From positions 11,594,001 through 11,658,000 of the forward strand of contig CDPCPM010000019.1 in assembly GCA_976551045.1 (NCBI GenBank): 64,000 bases of DNA. The letters are read 5' to 3'. The position numbers and the translations under genes were made by a program. Of the stretch, positions 41,963 through 54,575 are shown piece after piece (position 1 is the first letter of the stretch; the number at the start of each line of letters is the position of its first letter). This DNA comes from Glaucostegus cemiculus (lineage: Eukaryota). The notes under the pieces were generated by a model. That model did no database searches. It was not told the origin of the DNA and was given only the letters and a program-made list of their open reading frames with translations.

Positions 41963-42259
41963 GGCAGTACCAAGTAGTATAGCGGTTAGCATAATGCTTT
42001 ACAGCGCCAGCGACCTGGGTTCAATTCCTGCCGCTGTCTGTAAGGAGTTTGTACGTTCTCCCCGTGTCTGTGTGGGTTTCCTCCGGGTGTTCCGGTTTTC
42101 TCCCACATTCCAAAGACATACAGGTTAGGAAGTTGTAGGCATGCTATGTTGGCACCGGAAGCGTGGCGACACTTGCAGGCTGCCCCCCAAAAATCACTAA
42201 GAAAAAGATGTATTGCACTGTGTTTTGATGTACATGTGACTAATAAAGATCTCATCTTA
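41963..42259 (+). mobile_element. tRNA-derived V-SINE nested in the Penelope-like element
   Basis: B box GGTTCAATTCC and V core; TATAAA on both flanks. Confidence 0.8.
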
Positions 42260-42643
42260 TAAAGAGGGGAAGGGGAGTGGTGAGACGGGAGTCCTCGGCA
42301 ACTGGGGGACTGAGAAGGGGTGTAAGATGACAGACAGGTGGTGCCAGGTAGGGGAGGGGAGCAGGGAGACAGTGGCAGGTGAATGATAGATGGAGGCAGA
42401 CAAAGAGGAAATAGGCAAAAAAATAACCACTGAGCAAGGTGGGGGCTGGGGGGGGGGGGGGAGAAGAGGGGAGTGCAAAGATAAGTGATACAGTAGCTAC
42501 CCAAGGGAGATCAGCAGGAACAAAGCACTACCAGTGGTAAAGGAGGTGAGAATGAGAACCACAAGGGCAGAGGTGAACAGCAGTTGGAACCAACTTTGGG
42601 GCAGCCAAGAAATCTGTGTGTGAAGTGAGTGGATGGAACCAGA

Positions 42644-42902
42644 TAAGATACCTTTATTAGTCACATGTACACTGAAACACAGTAAAATACATCTTTTGCG
42701 TAGTGTTCTGGGGGAAGTCCACAAGTGTCACCACGCTTCTGGTGCCAACATAGCATGCCCACAACTTCCTAAACCAGAGCACCCGGAGGAAACCCACGCA
42801 GACATGGGGAGAACATACAAACTCCTTACAGACAACAGCGGGAATTGAACCTGGGCAGCTGGCACTGTAATAGCGTTACACTAACCACTACACTGACGTG
42901 CC
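42644..42902 (-). mobile_element. V-SINE copy, inverted relative to 41963-42259
   Basis: Reverse complement of the same head, core and tail. Confidence 0.8.
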
Positions 42903-43376
42903 TGTCCCCTACACTACCATCCCTGGAGGGGTGAGGGGACACAAAAATGGGAAAACTGGAGAAGGATTTTGGGGAGTTGGGGGGTTACCCATATTTGGAA
43001 ATACTCACACAGAGAGGGGAAAAAATTTGGAGAGGCATTTGGAGCAGGGAGTGTGAAGATTGGAGATAACTGCTGGGAAGCGATAAGCAGGAACACAAAG
43101 GGCTACCTGTGCTCTACTCTGATAAGTAAAGGAGGCGAGAATAGGAACCAATAGGGGAGGGGTGAATGGCAGTTGGAACCACAATACTGGTTGGGGGATG
43201 AGGGGGAGAAGGGGGGGAGATTAAGGCAATGGGAGAATTGGAGCTGGTGTATTATTGTCACATGTACCAAGGTACAATGAAAAAACTTGTCTTCCATACT
43301 TTGCATACAGAGCAATTCATTACACAGTGCATTCAGGTAACACAAGGTAAAACAATAACAGAATGCAGAATAAAGT

Positions 43377-45097
43377 TAGGCTGCATAGCTAACAACAGCA
43401 CATCACTTCCTGGTGAACTTAACACATTCTATGCGCATTTTGAACAAAAGGGAAGTGGCTTGTCCCCATCTACCCTGACAGCTACCAACGCAGCTGAACC
43501 GGTGATCACAGTGGAGGACACAAGATCAGTCTTCCGGAGAGTGAACACAAGAAAAGCACTGGCCCAGATGGTGTCCCAGGCCACGTGCTCAGATCTTGTG
43601 CTGATCAGCTGGCAGAAGTATTTGCGGACATATTCAACCTCTCCCTGCTTAAAAGTGTCAGCTTCCCTTCTGTTTTAAGATGATCACTATCATCCCATTA
43701 CCAAAGAAAAGCAAGGTAACATGCCTCAATGACTACCGAACAGTGGCTCTGACATCCACCATCATGAAGTGTTTTGAGAGGTTGGTCATAGCACGCATCA
43801 ACTCCAGCCTACCAGACAACCTGGACCCACTGCAATTTGCCCATCAGTGAAACAAGTCTACAGCGGATGCCATCTCCCTAGCCTGACACTCAGCTCTGGA
43901 GCATCTGGACAGTAAAGACACCTACATTAGACTATTGTTTATTGGCTACAGCTCTGCCTTCAATACAATAATTCCAAGCAAGCTTGTCACCAAACTCAGA
44001 GACCTAGGACTCAACACCTCCCTCTGTAACTGGATCCTTGACTTTCTAACAAACAGACCGCAGTTGAAGATAGGCAGCAATACCTCCAGCACAATTATTC
44101 TCAACACTGGTGCCCCACAAGGCTGCATCCTCAGCCCTCTACTCCCTATACATTCACTACTCTGTGGCCAGATTCTGCTCTAATTCCATCAACAAGTTTG
44201 CAGATGATACCACCATTGCAGGCCATATCTCAAACAGCGATGAGTCAGAGTACAGGAAGGAGATAGAGCTTAGTGGAATGGTGTCATGACAACAACCTTT
44301 CCCTCAATGTCAACAAAAGAGCTGATCATTAACCAGGAAAGGAGGCGGTGTACATGCACCTGTCTACGTCAGTGGTGCTGAGGTTGAGGGTTGAGAGCTT
44401 CAAGTTCCTAGGTGTGAACATCACCAATAGCCTCCAACCACGTAGACACCACAGCCAAGAAAGCTCACCAATGCCTCTACGCCCCCAGGAGGCTAAGGAA
44501 ATTTGGTTTGTCCCTTTTGACTTTCACCAACTTCTACCAATGCACCATAGGAAGCATCCTATCTGGATGTATCATGGCTTGATACAGCAACTGCTCTGCC
44601 CAAGGCTGCAAGAAGCTGCAGAGTTGTAGACACAGCCCAGTGCATTACAGACACCAGCCTCCCCTCCTTGGGTCTTTGCCTTTACCTCTCATTTTCTTGG
44701 TGTAGCAGCCAGCATAATCAAAGACCCCACCCACCCAAAACATTCTCTCTTCTGTATCTCCTACCCAATGGAAGAGGAGAGGAGCCTGAGGGCACATACC
44801 ACCAGACTTGAGGACAGCTTCTTCCCCACTGTGATAAGACTATTGAACGGTTCCCTTGAGATGGACTATAACCTCACAATCTACCTTGTTGTGACCTTGT
44901 ACCTTATTGCACTGCACTTTCTCTGTAGCTGTGACACTTTATACTGTTATTGTTTTTTTAAACCTGTACTACATCAATGCACTCAGTACTGACTCAATGT
45001 AACTGCACTGTGTAATGAATTGACCTGTACAATCAGTTTGTAAGACAAGCTTTTCACTGTACCTCGGTACAAGTGACAATAATAAACCAGTACCAAG
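43377..45097 (+). mobile_element. Rex1/Babar-clade LINE (RT to 3' UTR), inserted into an opposite-strand Rex1-type 3' end (43235-45420)
   Basis: [33 protein letters not shown] and FKFLG motifs; AAGT at both junctions. Confidence 0.88.
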
Positions 45098-46923
45098 TGT
45101 TGCAGCTGCAGAGGAAGTGCAGTGCAGGGAGACAGTAAGGTGCAAGGTCATTACAAGGTAGATTGTGAGGTCAAGAATCCATCTCATCATACTAGAAAAC
45201 TGTTCAATAGTCTTGTAACAGCAGGATAGAAGCAGTCCTTGAGCCTGGTGGTACGTGCCTTCAGGTTTTCATATCTTCTGCCCAATGGGAGAGGGGAGAA
45301 GAGAGATTGTCCGGGGTGGATAGGATCTTTGATTATGTTGGCCGCTTTACTGAGGCAGCAAAGTGTAGACAGAGTCCATGGAGGTGAGGCTGGTTTCCAT
45401 GATATGCTGAGCTGTGTGCTGGAGGGAAGGGTTACCTAAAAATCGGAACTCATTGTTCGTGCCATTGGGTTGCAGACTACCCAGGTGGAATACGGAAGGT
45501 TGTTCCTCCAGTTTGCATTGGGCCTTCTCTACTGCCAGGGTCGAGCCAAGGATGGACAGGTCAGCGGGGGAATAGAATGGGCAATTGAAGTGACATGGAG
45601 CTGCTCGCCCAGTCTGCGCTTGGTCTCGCAGATGTAGAGGAGGCCACATAGGGAGCACCGAATGCAGCAGACAAGACTGCAGGAGGTTCAAGTGAACTTT
45701 TCCCTTACCTGGAAGGGCTGTTTTGGTCCCTGAATAGTGGTGAGGACAAGGACAAGTGTTACACCTCCTGTGTCTCCAGGGGAAGTGCCAGAGATCACAG
45801 AGGGGTGGGTGGGGAGGGAGGGATGAGGGGACCAGGGAGGCAACTAATTAAATCAGCACTGTCACTTAAGAATTTACTGCTATAATTTTCTTTCTCCCCT
45901 CTTTGGATACAACACACAACCAGTGTCCAGGCCTCTGCCTCAAAATATCCAAGCAGCAAAGCTGTTCCTCCCAGAGCCATGGCCAGACTTGGTGACAAGC
46001 TGTGTCCTGTTTGCTTCAAGTGCACAAGAGGAAAGAGCTTTGCACATGAAGACATCTATCACAGCTGACTGTGAAAGACTGAGGTAGGATCCTAGCCCAA
46101 GCAATAACCAAATAGTAATTTAGCATGGCACAGGCTGGCATTCCTCAAATTCCTCAGGGTGTGCATTTACATTTATTATCCATTCCCGACTATTCTAATT
46201 AGGCACAGCTGTTGGGTAGGCCTTCTATTGTAAAGCCCTCTTGAAGGTGCTTCACCACAAGAGCTGGTATTAAAAAGTCAGTGTGCGCCATAAACAGTTA
46301 TGGCACAAATTGTACTAGAGACCCTCAACTTGAAGGCATTTGTGGACCCAGCCTACAACCAATTTAATTTCATGATTGAATTAACTTAGGACTTCTGACC
46401 AGGTCCCCTCCACAGTTCATGACTAAAGCATTTACTGGCAGAATTTTACATCAAAACCCAGAAGCAGCAAAATGCTGTTATTCAGCAGATCCAAGTGATA
46501 AACTACATTCTGACTACAGGTCTCTACTTCCTTGCACACACCACCTGCTATTAATAAAACTGGTCTACAGAACAGGTTAACTAAACGCCAGAGAACTTGG
46601 CAGGAGACTATGAAAATGTAATATAACCAATGAAACCTATCACATATAGTTATTGATTTTTTAACATGATATTGTTCATGTATTTAACAGCTTATTCTGG
46701 TACTTATCAGGTATTTTAAGATAGACATTAAAATAAGTTTAGCTAGGCCAAAATTATTTGTCAAATTCACTGACTGCAACCATCTCTGGAATTATCCCTT
46801 GTGAATAACGAAGGGTAAGTGTACTTTTCCTCTATTATAATAATACAGAATTATTCCACGACCAACATGAAGGACTGAAAGCTAATCTTTTCAAGGTGTG
46901 CCACAGTGTAGAAGCTATGTTAC

Positions 46924-47113
46924 CTCTTTGTACCCATGGTCTGCCCACCCAGTTTTATTTTAAGCTTCAGCTGGGGTTTCCCAGTGCCAGAGTCAGATTC
47001 CAGTGTCTCAGAGGAGAAGCCCAGCCCCACGTCAGCTTGATGATGCTTCTTTTTGTGTTTCTTATGCTTCTTGTGTTTTTTCTTGTGAGAGCCGTGACCA
47101 CCAGCTTCACCTT
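46924..47113 (-). CDS. INO80B: INO80B exon 2
   Basis: ttcacag|AA...AG|gtaac. (E)GEAGGHGSHKKKHKKHKKHKKKHHQ...KPQLKLKIKLGGQTMGTK, the hallmark INO80B N-terminal motifs. Confidence 0.95.
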
Positions 47114-47741
47114 CTGTGAAAGGCCAAAGGAAAAAAAAGCTGTCAAGGCCACTAATCACTCAATTCTCAATCAGAGGGGCACATTATGTAAAGTCATAGC
47201 TAATAAAGGAAAAGTATATATTTAAAGGCTACCTATGGACAAAGTAACTGGGAGCATACTGAACCAGTAAATTCCAAAATGTTTAGTCTCATGATTCCAG
47301 GCTATTTTTCAGTCTTCAAAGTAAACTTTAACTGGTGGCTTGTTGCAAATTGGGATGGTTGATAAGTGCTAACTATGCCAGCAACAACGACCCTGTTTCC
47401 CATCTCCAGTGGACAGGAAAAAAAATTTCATTACTAAGGAAGTTATGCCTGCTGCCACACCAATACATATTCACTAAAAAAAAAATCACTTGTACCAGTT
47501 GTGTACAATATGTTATAGATGGCAAGTGGCCATGGCCACAGCCCCACAATGCTTACTGCAATTGTTTAAGGTTGCCCAAGGCACAATGTAAAAGTATTTC
47601 CTCCCCAAATTCTGAATCTAATAAAAAATTTCTAAACTTTTGAAAAAAGTGATGTTCTCTGGAAGAGTTTAAAAAAAAGAGGATTAAGCAATAGGTGTTG
47701 AAATATTAATTAACTGACCTAATTAAAATGGTAGAAAAGGC

Positions 47742-48195
47742 AGGAGATTTGGTATGTCACCAAAGACACTTGCAAATTTCCATAGATTAACAGTGGAGAG
47801 CATTCTGACTGGTTGCAAACACAGCCTGGTATAGAGGCTTCAATTCACAGGATCACAAGAGGCTGCAGAGGGTTGTAGATTCAGCCAGCTCCATCGAGGA
47901 CATCTTAAAGAGGTAGTGCCTCAAGAAGGCAGCATCCATCACTAAGGCACTCTCACCATCTGGGACATGCCCTCTTCTTGTTACTACCATCGGGGAGGAG
48001 GTGCAGGAGCCTGAAGACCCACACCTAATGATTTAGAAATAGCTTCTTCCCCCACTATCAGATTTCTGAATGGTCCATGAACACTACTATAAATTATAAA
48101 ATAGTGCAAAAAAAGAGGTAATTTTGTCTTTGCATATCTACATTATTGTCTTTGCACTGTACTGCTGCCACAAAACAATAAATTTCACAACAGAT
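47742..48195 (+). mobile_element. Rex1/Babar 3' fragment
   Basis: ESILTGC..AWY..LQRVV..SFFP motifs in degenerate frames. Confidence 0.75.
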
Positions 48196-48839
48196 AAGTA
48201 CATGGAGCTAAGTAAAATAGAGGGCTGTGGGAATGCCCAGTAACTTCTAGTGTAGGGACATGTTCGGCACAGCTTTGTGGGCCAAAGGGCCTGAATTGTG
48301 CTGTAGTTGTTCTATGTTCTATCACAGAGAGATGATATTCTAGAATCTGGAGCAACATACAAAATGTTGGAGGAACTCAGCAGGTCAGGCAGCATCTATG
48401 GACGTCAGTGATGATAAACCCCGATTTGGAGAAGCTGAACGGTCCAAAATGGAACATGCTGAGGCAGAAGAGATTTAGTTTAATTTAGCATCACGTTGGG
48501 TATAGACATCATGGGCTGAAAGGCCTGTTCCTGTGCTGTCTAATGTTATTCCCAAGGCAAATTGTTTAAATGCATCCAATATTAAGAATCCAGCATGGAT
48601 TCCCAAGTGGGACACTTGCCAAGAGAGATCCTCTTTCAACGTCGCATCATCAGGGACTGAGTGCCCTTAAACTGAGACGAGAAGGACCTGCCCCAGTTAC
48701 CACCCGTGTCCAACAACTGCAGACCCTGGTTGAAAAGCCAGCTTGGGTTTAATGACCCCAAAGATTCGCAGCTCCCAACCTCAGGGTGGTCCAGCGCTCG
48801 ATTCCCCAGAGAAACAGCAACCGGTCCTAACCCAAGCTG

Positions 48840-49310
48840 CGCTCCTCATCCTACTGCCCGGGGGCCGGGGGGCCGGGGGCCCGGGGCCACCCTCCCCTCC
48901 CCGGAGTGGGCACCACACCCCCCCCCCCGACCTCTCTCCGCGCCCGACCTCCCCCCCATGACCCCAACACCCCCAGTCCCTCTACCCCCCCCCAACAGAT
49001 CCCCCAACCTCCCTCCGTCGCCACAGGGCGCCCCCCCCCGACCTCTCGTCGCCGCCGCCCCAGGGACGCCGCCCCACCCCCGACCTCTCTCCACCGCCGC
49101 TTCTTTCTTCTTCCCCATCTTCGGCAGCCGCTCAGTGACAGAAACCGCGAGGGGAACCAGCAGGTCCCTTCCGGAGTAACACTGAAAAACATCCGGCGTG
49201 CGGCCAGAGCGGTGACGGAAGTTCCTGTTCTGCCGCCACTGACGCCGCCCGCCTGCGGGGCAGAGATCTCGGGAGACGATAGAAGAGAAGCCGACAGAGG
49301 TGGACCGTTA
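48840..49310 (-). promoter_or_regulatory. CpG island / INO80B promoter with ETS-type motifs
   Basis: Sharp rise in GC and CpG around exon 1. ACGGAAGT (49215-49222, overlapping TGACG) and CTTCCGG (49168-49174) lie upstream of the ATG, as is typical of TATA-less housekeeping promoters. Confidence 0.8.
49085..49118 (-). CDS. INO80B: INO80 complex subunit B, coding exon 1
   Basis: ATG in good context (AAGATGG) inside the CpG island. MGKKKEAAVER+G|gtcggg; phase 1 joins exon 2 in frame. Confidence 0.8.
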
Positions 49311-50724
49311 TAAAATATATCATGATATACAAGATTGTTACACAGATAGAAAACAATAATTAACGGGAGAATATTCCCCCCCAAAAAAGCTGCATATGCT
49401 GGAAATCTAAAGCACATGCAGCAAATGCTGGGAGTGCTCAGCAGACCAGGCAGCGCCTGTGGGGAAACTGTTGATGCTTCAGGTCGGAGACCCTTCGGGC
49501 CCCGTCAGTCTCAGGCTGTAACTGGTGGGGTGCTGCTGGATCAATGCTTGGGTCCCAAGCTAGTCACAGAATTATCAGCACTAGCTTGAAACCACAGAAC
49601 TTGAGGTCTGATTCAAACCCCATCGTCTAATCTTCTCCCATTATTGTAGATATCGATCTTACAGCCGTACATCTTACCTCTGCACCAGGAGGCAGCAAAT
49701 CACAGCCGTAGCTAATATTCAGTGCAGTGCCAAAGAGTCTCCCTCTTTCTAACTTAAGTGGATGTTAAAAGTAATTGAAGGAAAGCAACATTTAGGGACT
49801 GGTTTGAGTTTGAGCATCTGATTCCAATAACACTGCTGTGGGATGGCTGTTGTATTAATTGTCTAAAACAAACAATACCCAAAATGAGAAATTTTCAATG
49901 GCCTATTTTCACCAAGAGCTAAATAATAATATCCCTGCAGGTGCTACCACCACTGCTAATGTGTCATAGAAAATGGCACTAATTATTCCTTAGCTGCCAA
50001 TTGAAGAAGTCCCTGCAGGCTCATTACAGCAATTTACTGCTTTGAGTTTATTTCAAAGCTAATGGCTGCCTTGATATATTGAAAACTACATTGCAAAAGG
50101 TAGCAAAGTAATACCAGCAGAACTTCTTTCCCTTTGCACAACTTTCTGTTTGTGCACTTGACACCTTTACACACTTATTAAAATTAAAATGATTGCACAC
50201 TGCATAGTCAAGAAAGGCTCTGTCAACTAATTCACTTCTGTCAAAATTAGTCAGGTATTTGGAAACCCATCATTGTGTTTAACTGTAAACAGGTTACTGA
50301 AAAAAATCTACAGAAATAGATTATGTGCTTAGGTTTTTATTCCTGTAGAGATAATCACTACTTGTATAAATCCAGATTATATGGATGACACTTGTAAGAG
50401 CCAAGGGTAGTGATCATGTAGAATGTGTAGGTCTGAACCTGAGAAAAACATCCAACATAGCAGAAAAGAGCAGCAAGGCTTTTTCATGAATTTTTACAAT
50501 GTAGAACAAGGCCATGTGGCCCATGAATCCATGTCAGCCCTCAGAGCAATCACATCAATCCCATTCCCCTATTTATTTCCCTGTAATCTAGTCTATCTCA
50601 TATACCCTTGAGCAATAAATGTTGGCCTGGCCACCAAAAGCTATGTTCTATAAAAGAATAGACAAAAATAAATAATAAATTGATAAAAAATCACTGCTGT
50701 GATGACTGTGGTGAGGAAGACGTT

Positions 50725-51000
50725 ATCTTGGGGTAGGGGAGTCCAAACCTAAGGGGCATAGATTTAGGATGGGAGGGGAAAGATTTAAAAGGGTGGTGAG
50801 TGTATGGAACGAGCTGCCAGAGGAAGTGGCTGAGGCAGGTGCAATAGTACAATTTAAGAAGCACTTGGATGGGTTAATGGAGGGGTGGGGCTTAGAGGGA
50901 TACAGGCCAAGTGCAGGAGACTGGGACTAGCTGGGTGGTCGACATGGACTGGTTGGGCCGAAGGGCCTGTATCTGTGCTGTATAACTCCATGATTCTATA
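50725..51000 (+). mobile_element. CR1 3' end
   Basis: WNELP coding segment and GGGCCGAAGGGCCTGT..CTATA tail. Confidence 0.75.
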
Positions 51001-51824
51001 AAACCAATCAAAACTGACCCTTATTATGGAAGGTCACTTTCCTGAAACATTCAATCTACTGCTGCACAAATGCTGCCTGACCTGCTGTGCATTTCCAGCA
51101 TTTTCTGTTTTTATTTCAGACTTCTAGCATCTGTATTATTTCCCTTTTGAATCAATTCCTTTTTACTGTTGGAACTATCTGAGAAACAAAAATCCACCAA
51201 ACCCCAAGGAGAACATAAGGTACTTGGGCAAAGCAACTAGGTTATATTTGTAAACCCTGAGGTCATCAGGGGATTTCTGGAGGAGAATTATTAAGTTTTC
51301 TTACTTATTCGATTTTGCAAATGACTGGTCAGACCTGCATTTATTGCTCATCCCTTTTTGTGTTTGTTTTGCTTTGAGCCACCTTGAACCACAGCAGTCC
51401 TGGTGAGGGGATTCCCACAGTGTTGTTGAAGAGGGAGTTCCAGGACTGGGATCCAGCGTGAAGGACCAGCGATATATTTCCAAGTCAACATGGTGTGTGA
51501 CTTGGGAGGTCCCACACACAGTGGTATTCCCATGCACCTAAAGCAATTGCCCTTCGTGATGGCAGAGGTCATGGAACAGGGAAATGAGGAGGAATAAATA
51601 ATTTTGTAGGTGGCACATATGGTGTCATGGCTACAAACTACCTGAGTGGACAGAAGGGAAGGAAGAAGGAATGGTCAGCTTGGCTCAATGGGAGCACTCT
51701 CGTTTGTCATGCAGCATTAGGTGGGTCTGAGGTTGGCAATACTGAGGGAGGTGCCAAAGGTGTGCTTGTTAGAAATGAGACATTGAAATGAGGCAACTTT
51801 TCTCTCTGAATTTAAGAGAATTAG

Positions 51825-52165
51825 GTGTGGCACAATGGCCCAACTATTAGAGTCTCTGCCTCAGATCTCCAGAGACCTGGGTTTGATCCTGACCTCCAGT
51901 GCTGTCTGTGTGGAGTTTGCACGTTCTGTCCATGATTGCACAGGGTTCCTCTGGGCGTTTCAGTTCCTTCCCACATCCCAGAGGCATGTGGGTTGGTAGG
52001 TTAATTGGCCACTTCAAAATTCCCCGAGTGTGTAGGTGAGTGATGAATCTGGAGGGAGTTGATGACAATGTGGGGAAAATAAAAGATAGGATTAATTTAG
52101 GGTTAGTGCACAATGGTTGGCGTAGATTCAACGGGCCAAAGGGCCTGTTTCCATACCTCATCCCT
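51825..52165 (+). mobile_element. V-SINE (older copy; similar copies at about 3510-3830 and 31030-31300)
   Basis: B-box-like GGTTTGATCC, gtggagtttgcacgttct core and CR1-like tail. Confidence 0.7.
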
Positions 52166-53175
52166 CAATGACTTGATAACTTTAACCTAAGTTATTACAC
52201 TGGAAGGAACAAATTAGGTGCAAATATTTTCATGGAAAATGACAGAAAAAGCACTAAATATGAAATGAAAACAGGAAATGCTGAAGAAGAACTAAGTTTG
52301 CCAAATCTGGTAGATAAGAGATTGTGTGAACGAGAACAAGACTCCCAGATGGTACGTTGCCTCCCAGGTACCAGAGTCAGAAATGTCTCAGATCGAGTGC
52401 ACAGCATTCTTAAAGGGGAGGGTGAACAGCCAGAAGTTGTGGTCCACATTGGAACCAACAACATAGATGGGAAAAAGGATGGGGTCCTGAAAAGGGAACA
52501 TAGGGAGTTAGGAAGGAAGCTAAAAAGCAGGACCTCAAGTGTGGTAATCTCTGGATTTCTGCCTGTGTCACATGCCAGTGAGGGTACAAATAGGAAGATA
52601 TGGCAGACGAATGCATGGGCAGGGTTTCAGATTTGTGGATCACTGAGATCTGTTCTGGGGAAGGAATGACTTGTACAAAAGGGATGGGTTACACCTGAAC
52701 TCAAGAGGCACCAATATCCTTGCGGGCAAGTTTGCTAGAGCTGTTGGAAAAGGTTTAAACGAGGTTGGCAGGGGGATGGGAACCAGAGTGTTAGGTCAGA
52801 TGACGGAGCAGTTAGTGTAATGGTAGATGCACTATGCGGAGAGACTGTGAGGAAGGATGGACGGTGTGATAAACGCATAAAGACAGGGTCATAAGCACAG
52901 TCAGTTGGATGGGTTGAAATATCTGTACTTTAATGTGAGTAGTATTAGGAATAAGAGTGATGAACTCAGAGCATGGATCAGTACCTGGAATTACGATATG
53001 TTCTGGCCATTACAGAGACTTGGCTGTTGCAAGGGCAGGATTGGCTGCTTGATGTTGGTATTGGTATTGGTATTGGTTTATTATTGTCACTTGTACCGAG
53101 GTAGAGTGAGAAGCTTGTCTTACAAACCGATTGTACAGGTCAATTCATTACACAGTGCAGTTACATTGAGTTAGT

Positions 53176-54003
53176 TGTTACGAAGTAGCTTACTATAGGC
53201 AAATATCCCTTTAAGATGGGACATTGTGTGCGTGTGCAACGTATTATGTCAACAGAAGATAAGACTAACGTGATGAGGTCATTACAAGAAAGAAAAAGAG
53301 AGGAGAGAGAGACAGACAGACAGACGGAGGGAGAGAAGAAGGAGAGACGGCAGCCTGTTCTGTTTCTGTCGATGGATGAAGGACAGTAACTGTGTTTGTC
53401 ACTAAAATCCGTGGATGGATTTCTGGAGTAGTCCAGTGGAGTTCACTTCGTCGGTAACCTGTAGAAGGACACAGGTGTTTGCGTGGATAACCACATTTTG
53501 GATGCTCTTCAGAGTGGCAGATACTGTGGAACAAAGTGATGGAATTCACTTTGCTGCTAACCTGTAGAAGAACACAGGTATTTGCATGGACAGTCACGAT
53601 AAAGGAGTTTTCGGGGTGAGAAAGTCACTACCGAGTAAGCCCTGAAATGTAGTTTGAATTCTGAGTGGAACATTCGGATTTTGTGATTCCTCTCTAAGCT
53701 CTCTCTATATCTTTGTTTTGTCTTCGGTGGACGGTGCTTGTGAAGAAGCCTTTATTCGTGTTTCATCTTATGGCTTACTGAACTGAACTTTAAGAACTAA
53801 TTCCTGGACTTGGAGTTTAGGAATTTGCCACACACACACGACGAGTAGTTTTTGGGGTTACAGTTTAAGATTTTAACATTTTTTTGTAGTACTATACTAA
53901 CTTTTGTTTTTATTTTACGTCTTATCAGAACTAGTTATTAATAAAGTAGTTTTAACACTGAAATATGACTTGGTAGGTTTCTTTTGTTGCTGGTTTCGTA
54001 ACA
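53176..54003 (+). mobile_element. LTR (828 bp) of a Gypsy-type retrotransposon
   Basis: TGTTACGAA...TTCGTAACA inverted termini, AATAAA at 53940-53945, an internal direct repeat of about 47 bp, and a PBS immediately downstream. Confidence 0.88.
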
Positions 54004-54007
54004 AAAT

Positions 54008-54025
54008 TAGGGGCTTGTCCGGGAT
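54008..54025 (+). other. Primer-binding site, tRNA-Pro type
   Basis: TAGGGGCTTGTCCGGGAT matches the canonical TGGGGGCTCGTCCGGGAT at 16/18, 4 nt after the LTR end. Confidence 0.85.
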
Positions 54026-54184
54026 ATTCCCAAGATTAATGAGTGTCGTTCTGGGATCCAGTCCAAAGATTGACTAGGGTGGCTTGCAGTCAAACTTAAG
54101 ACTGATACTGGAGGTCTGAGGTTGAACATTGGGGGTTGGTCCAATAAATTCTCTTAATTGGCGTGTGTGTGGAAACCAGTAACA

Positions 54185-54575
54185 ATGGATGTGTTTATGA
54201 GAAAACCCACCCCAAGTGGATTGCAGAGAATGAAGAAGTCCGAATTATTAAATCTTGCTGCAGAGCTAAAACTTGAGACGGTAACACAATCTATGAGAAA
54301 AGCAGATATCCAGAGAATAATAGCTGGTCATTATGTGAAGATGCAAGTGTTTGAAGAGGGAGTAGTAAAACAATTTCCTGGCAGTGAACAAACGATTTCT
54401 GATGCCCAAATTCAGTTAGCAAAGATACAAGCTGGACAAAAGAAATTAGAGCTAGAATCTGAACGAGAAAGGGACCGATTGAAATTTGAGGCTGAAGCAG
54501 AGCAAAGGAAGCTAGAATCTGAACGGGAATGATTGAAGTTTGAGGCTGAAGTAGAACAAAGGAGACTGGAATTTG
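54185..54575 (+). pseudogene. Truncated gag N-terminus (coiled coil), probably Gypsy/Gmr1-like
   Basis: MDVFMRKPT..KKSELLNLAAELKL..SMRKADI followed by E/R/K coiled-coil repeats; lies just after the PBS; in-frame TGA at 54530 may be a decayed CGA. Confidence 0.65.

Larger units (their letters stand above)
41798..45835 (-). mobile_element. Penelope-like element 3' part (GIY-YIG C-terminus plus terminal repeat), split by nested insertions
   Basis: ORF 45347-45691 contains HFN..DLSILG..KLEEQ..FHLGSLQPNGTN, typical of the Penelope endonuclease end; long pyrimidine-rich UTR on -; terminal sequence at 41798-41935 is shared with other copies. Confidence 0.7.

Noticed and set aside
48706-49417. Long Pro/Gly/Arg-rich ORFs on both strands
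   Set aside because: They arise from stop-codon scarcity in the CpG island; only 49085-49118 splices in frame to INO80B.
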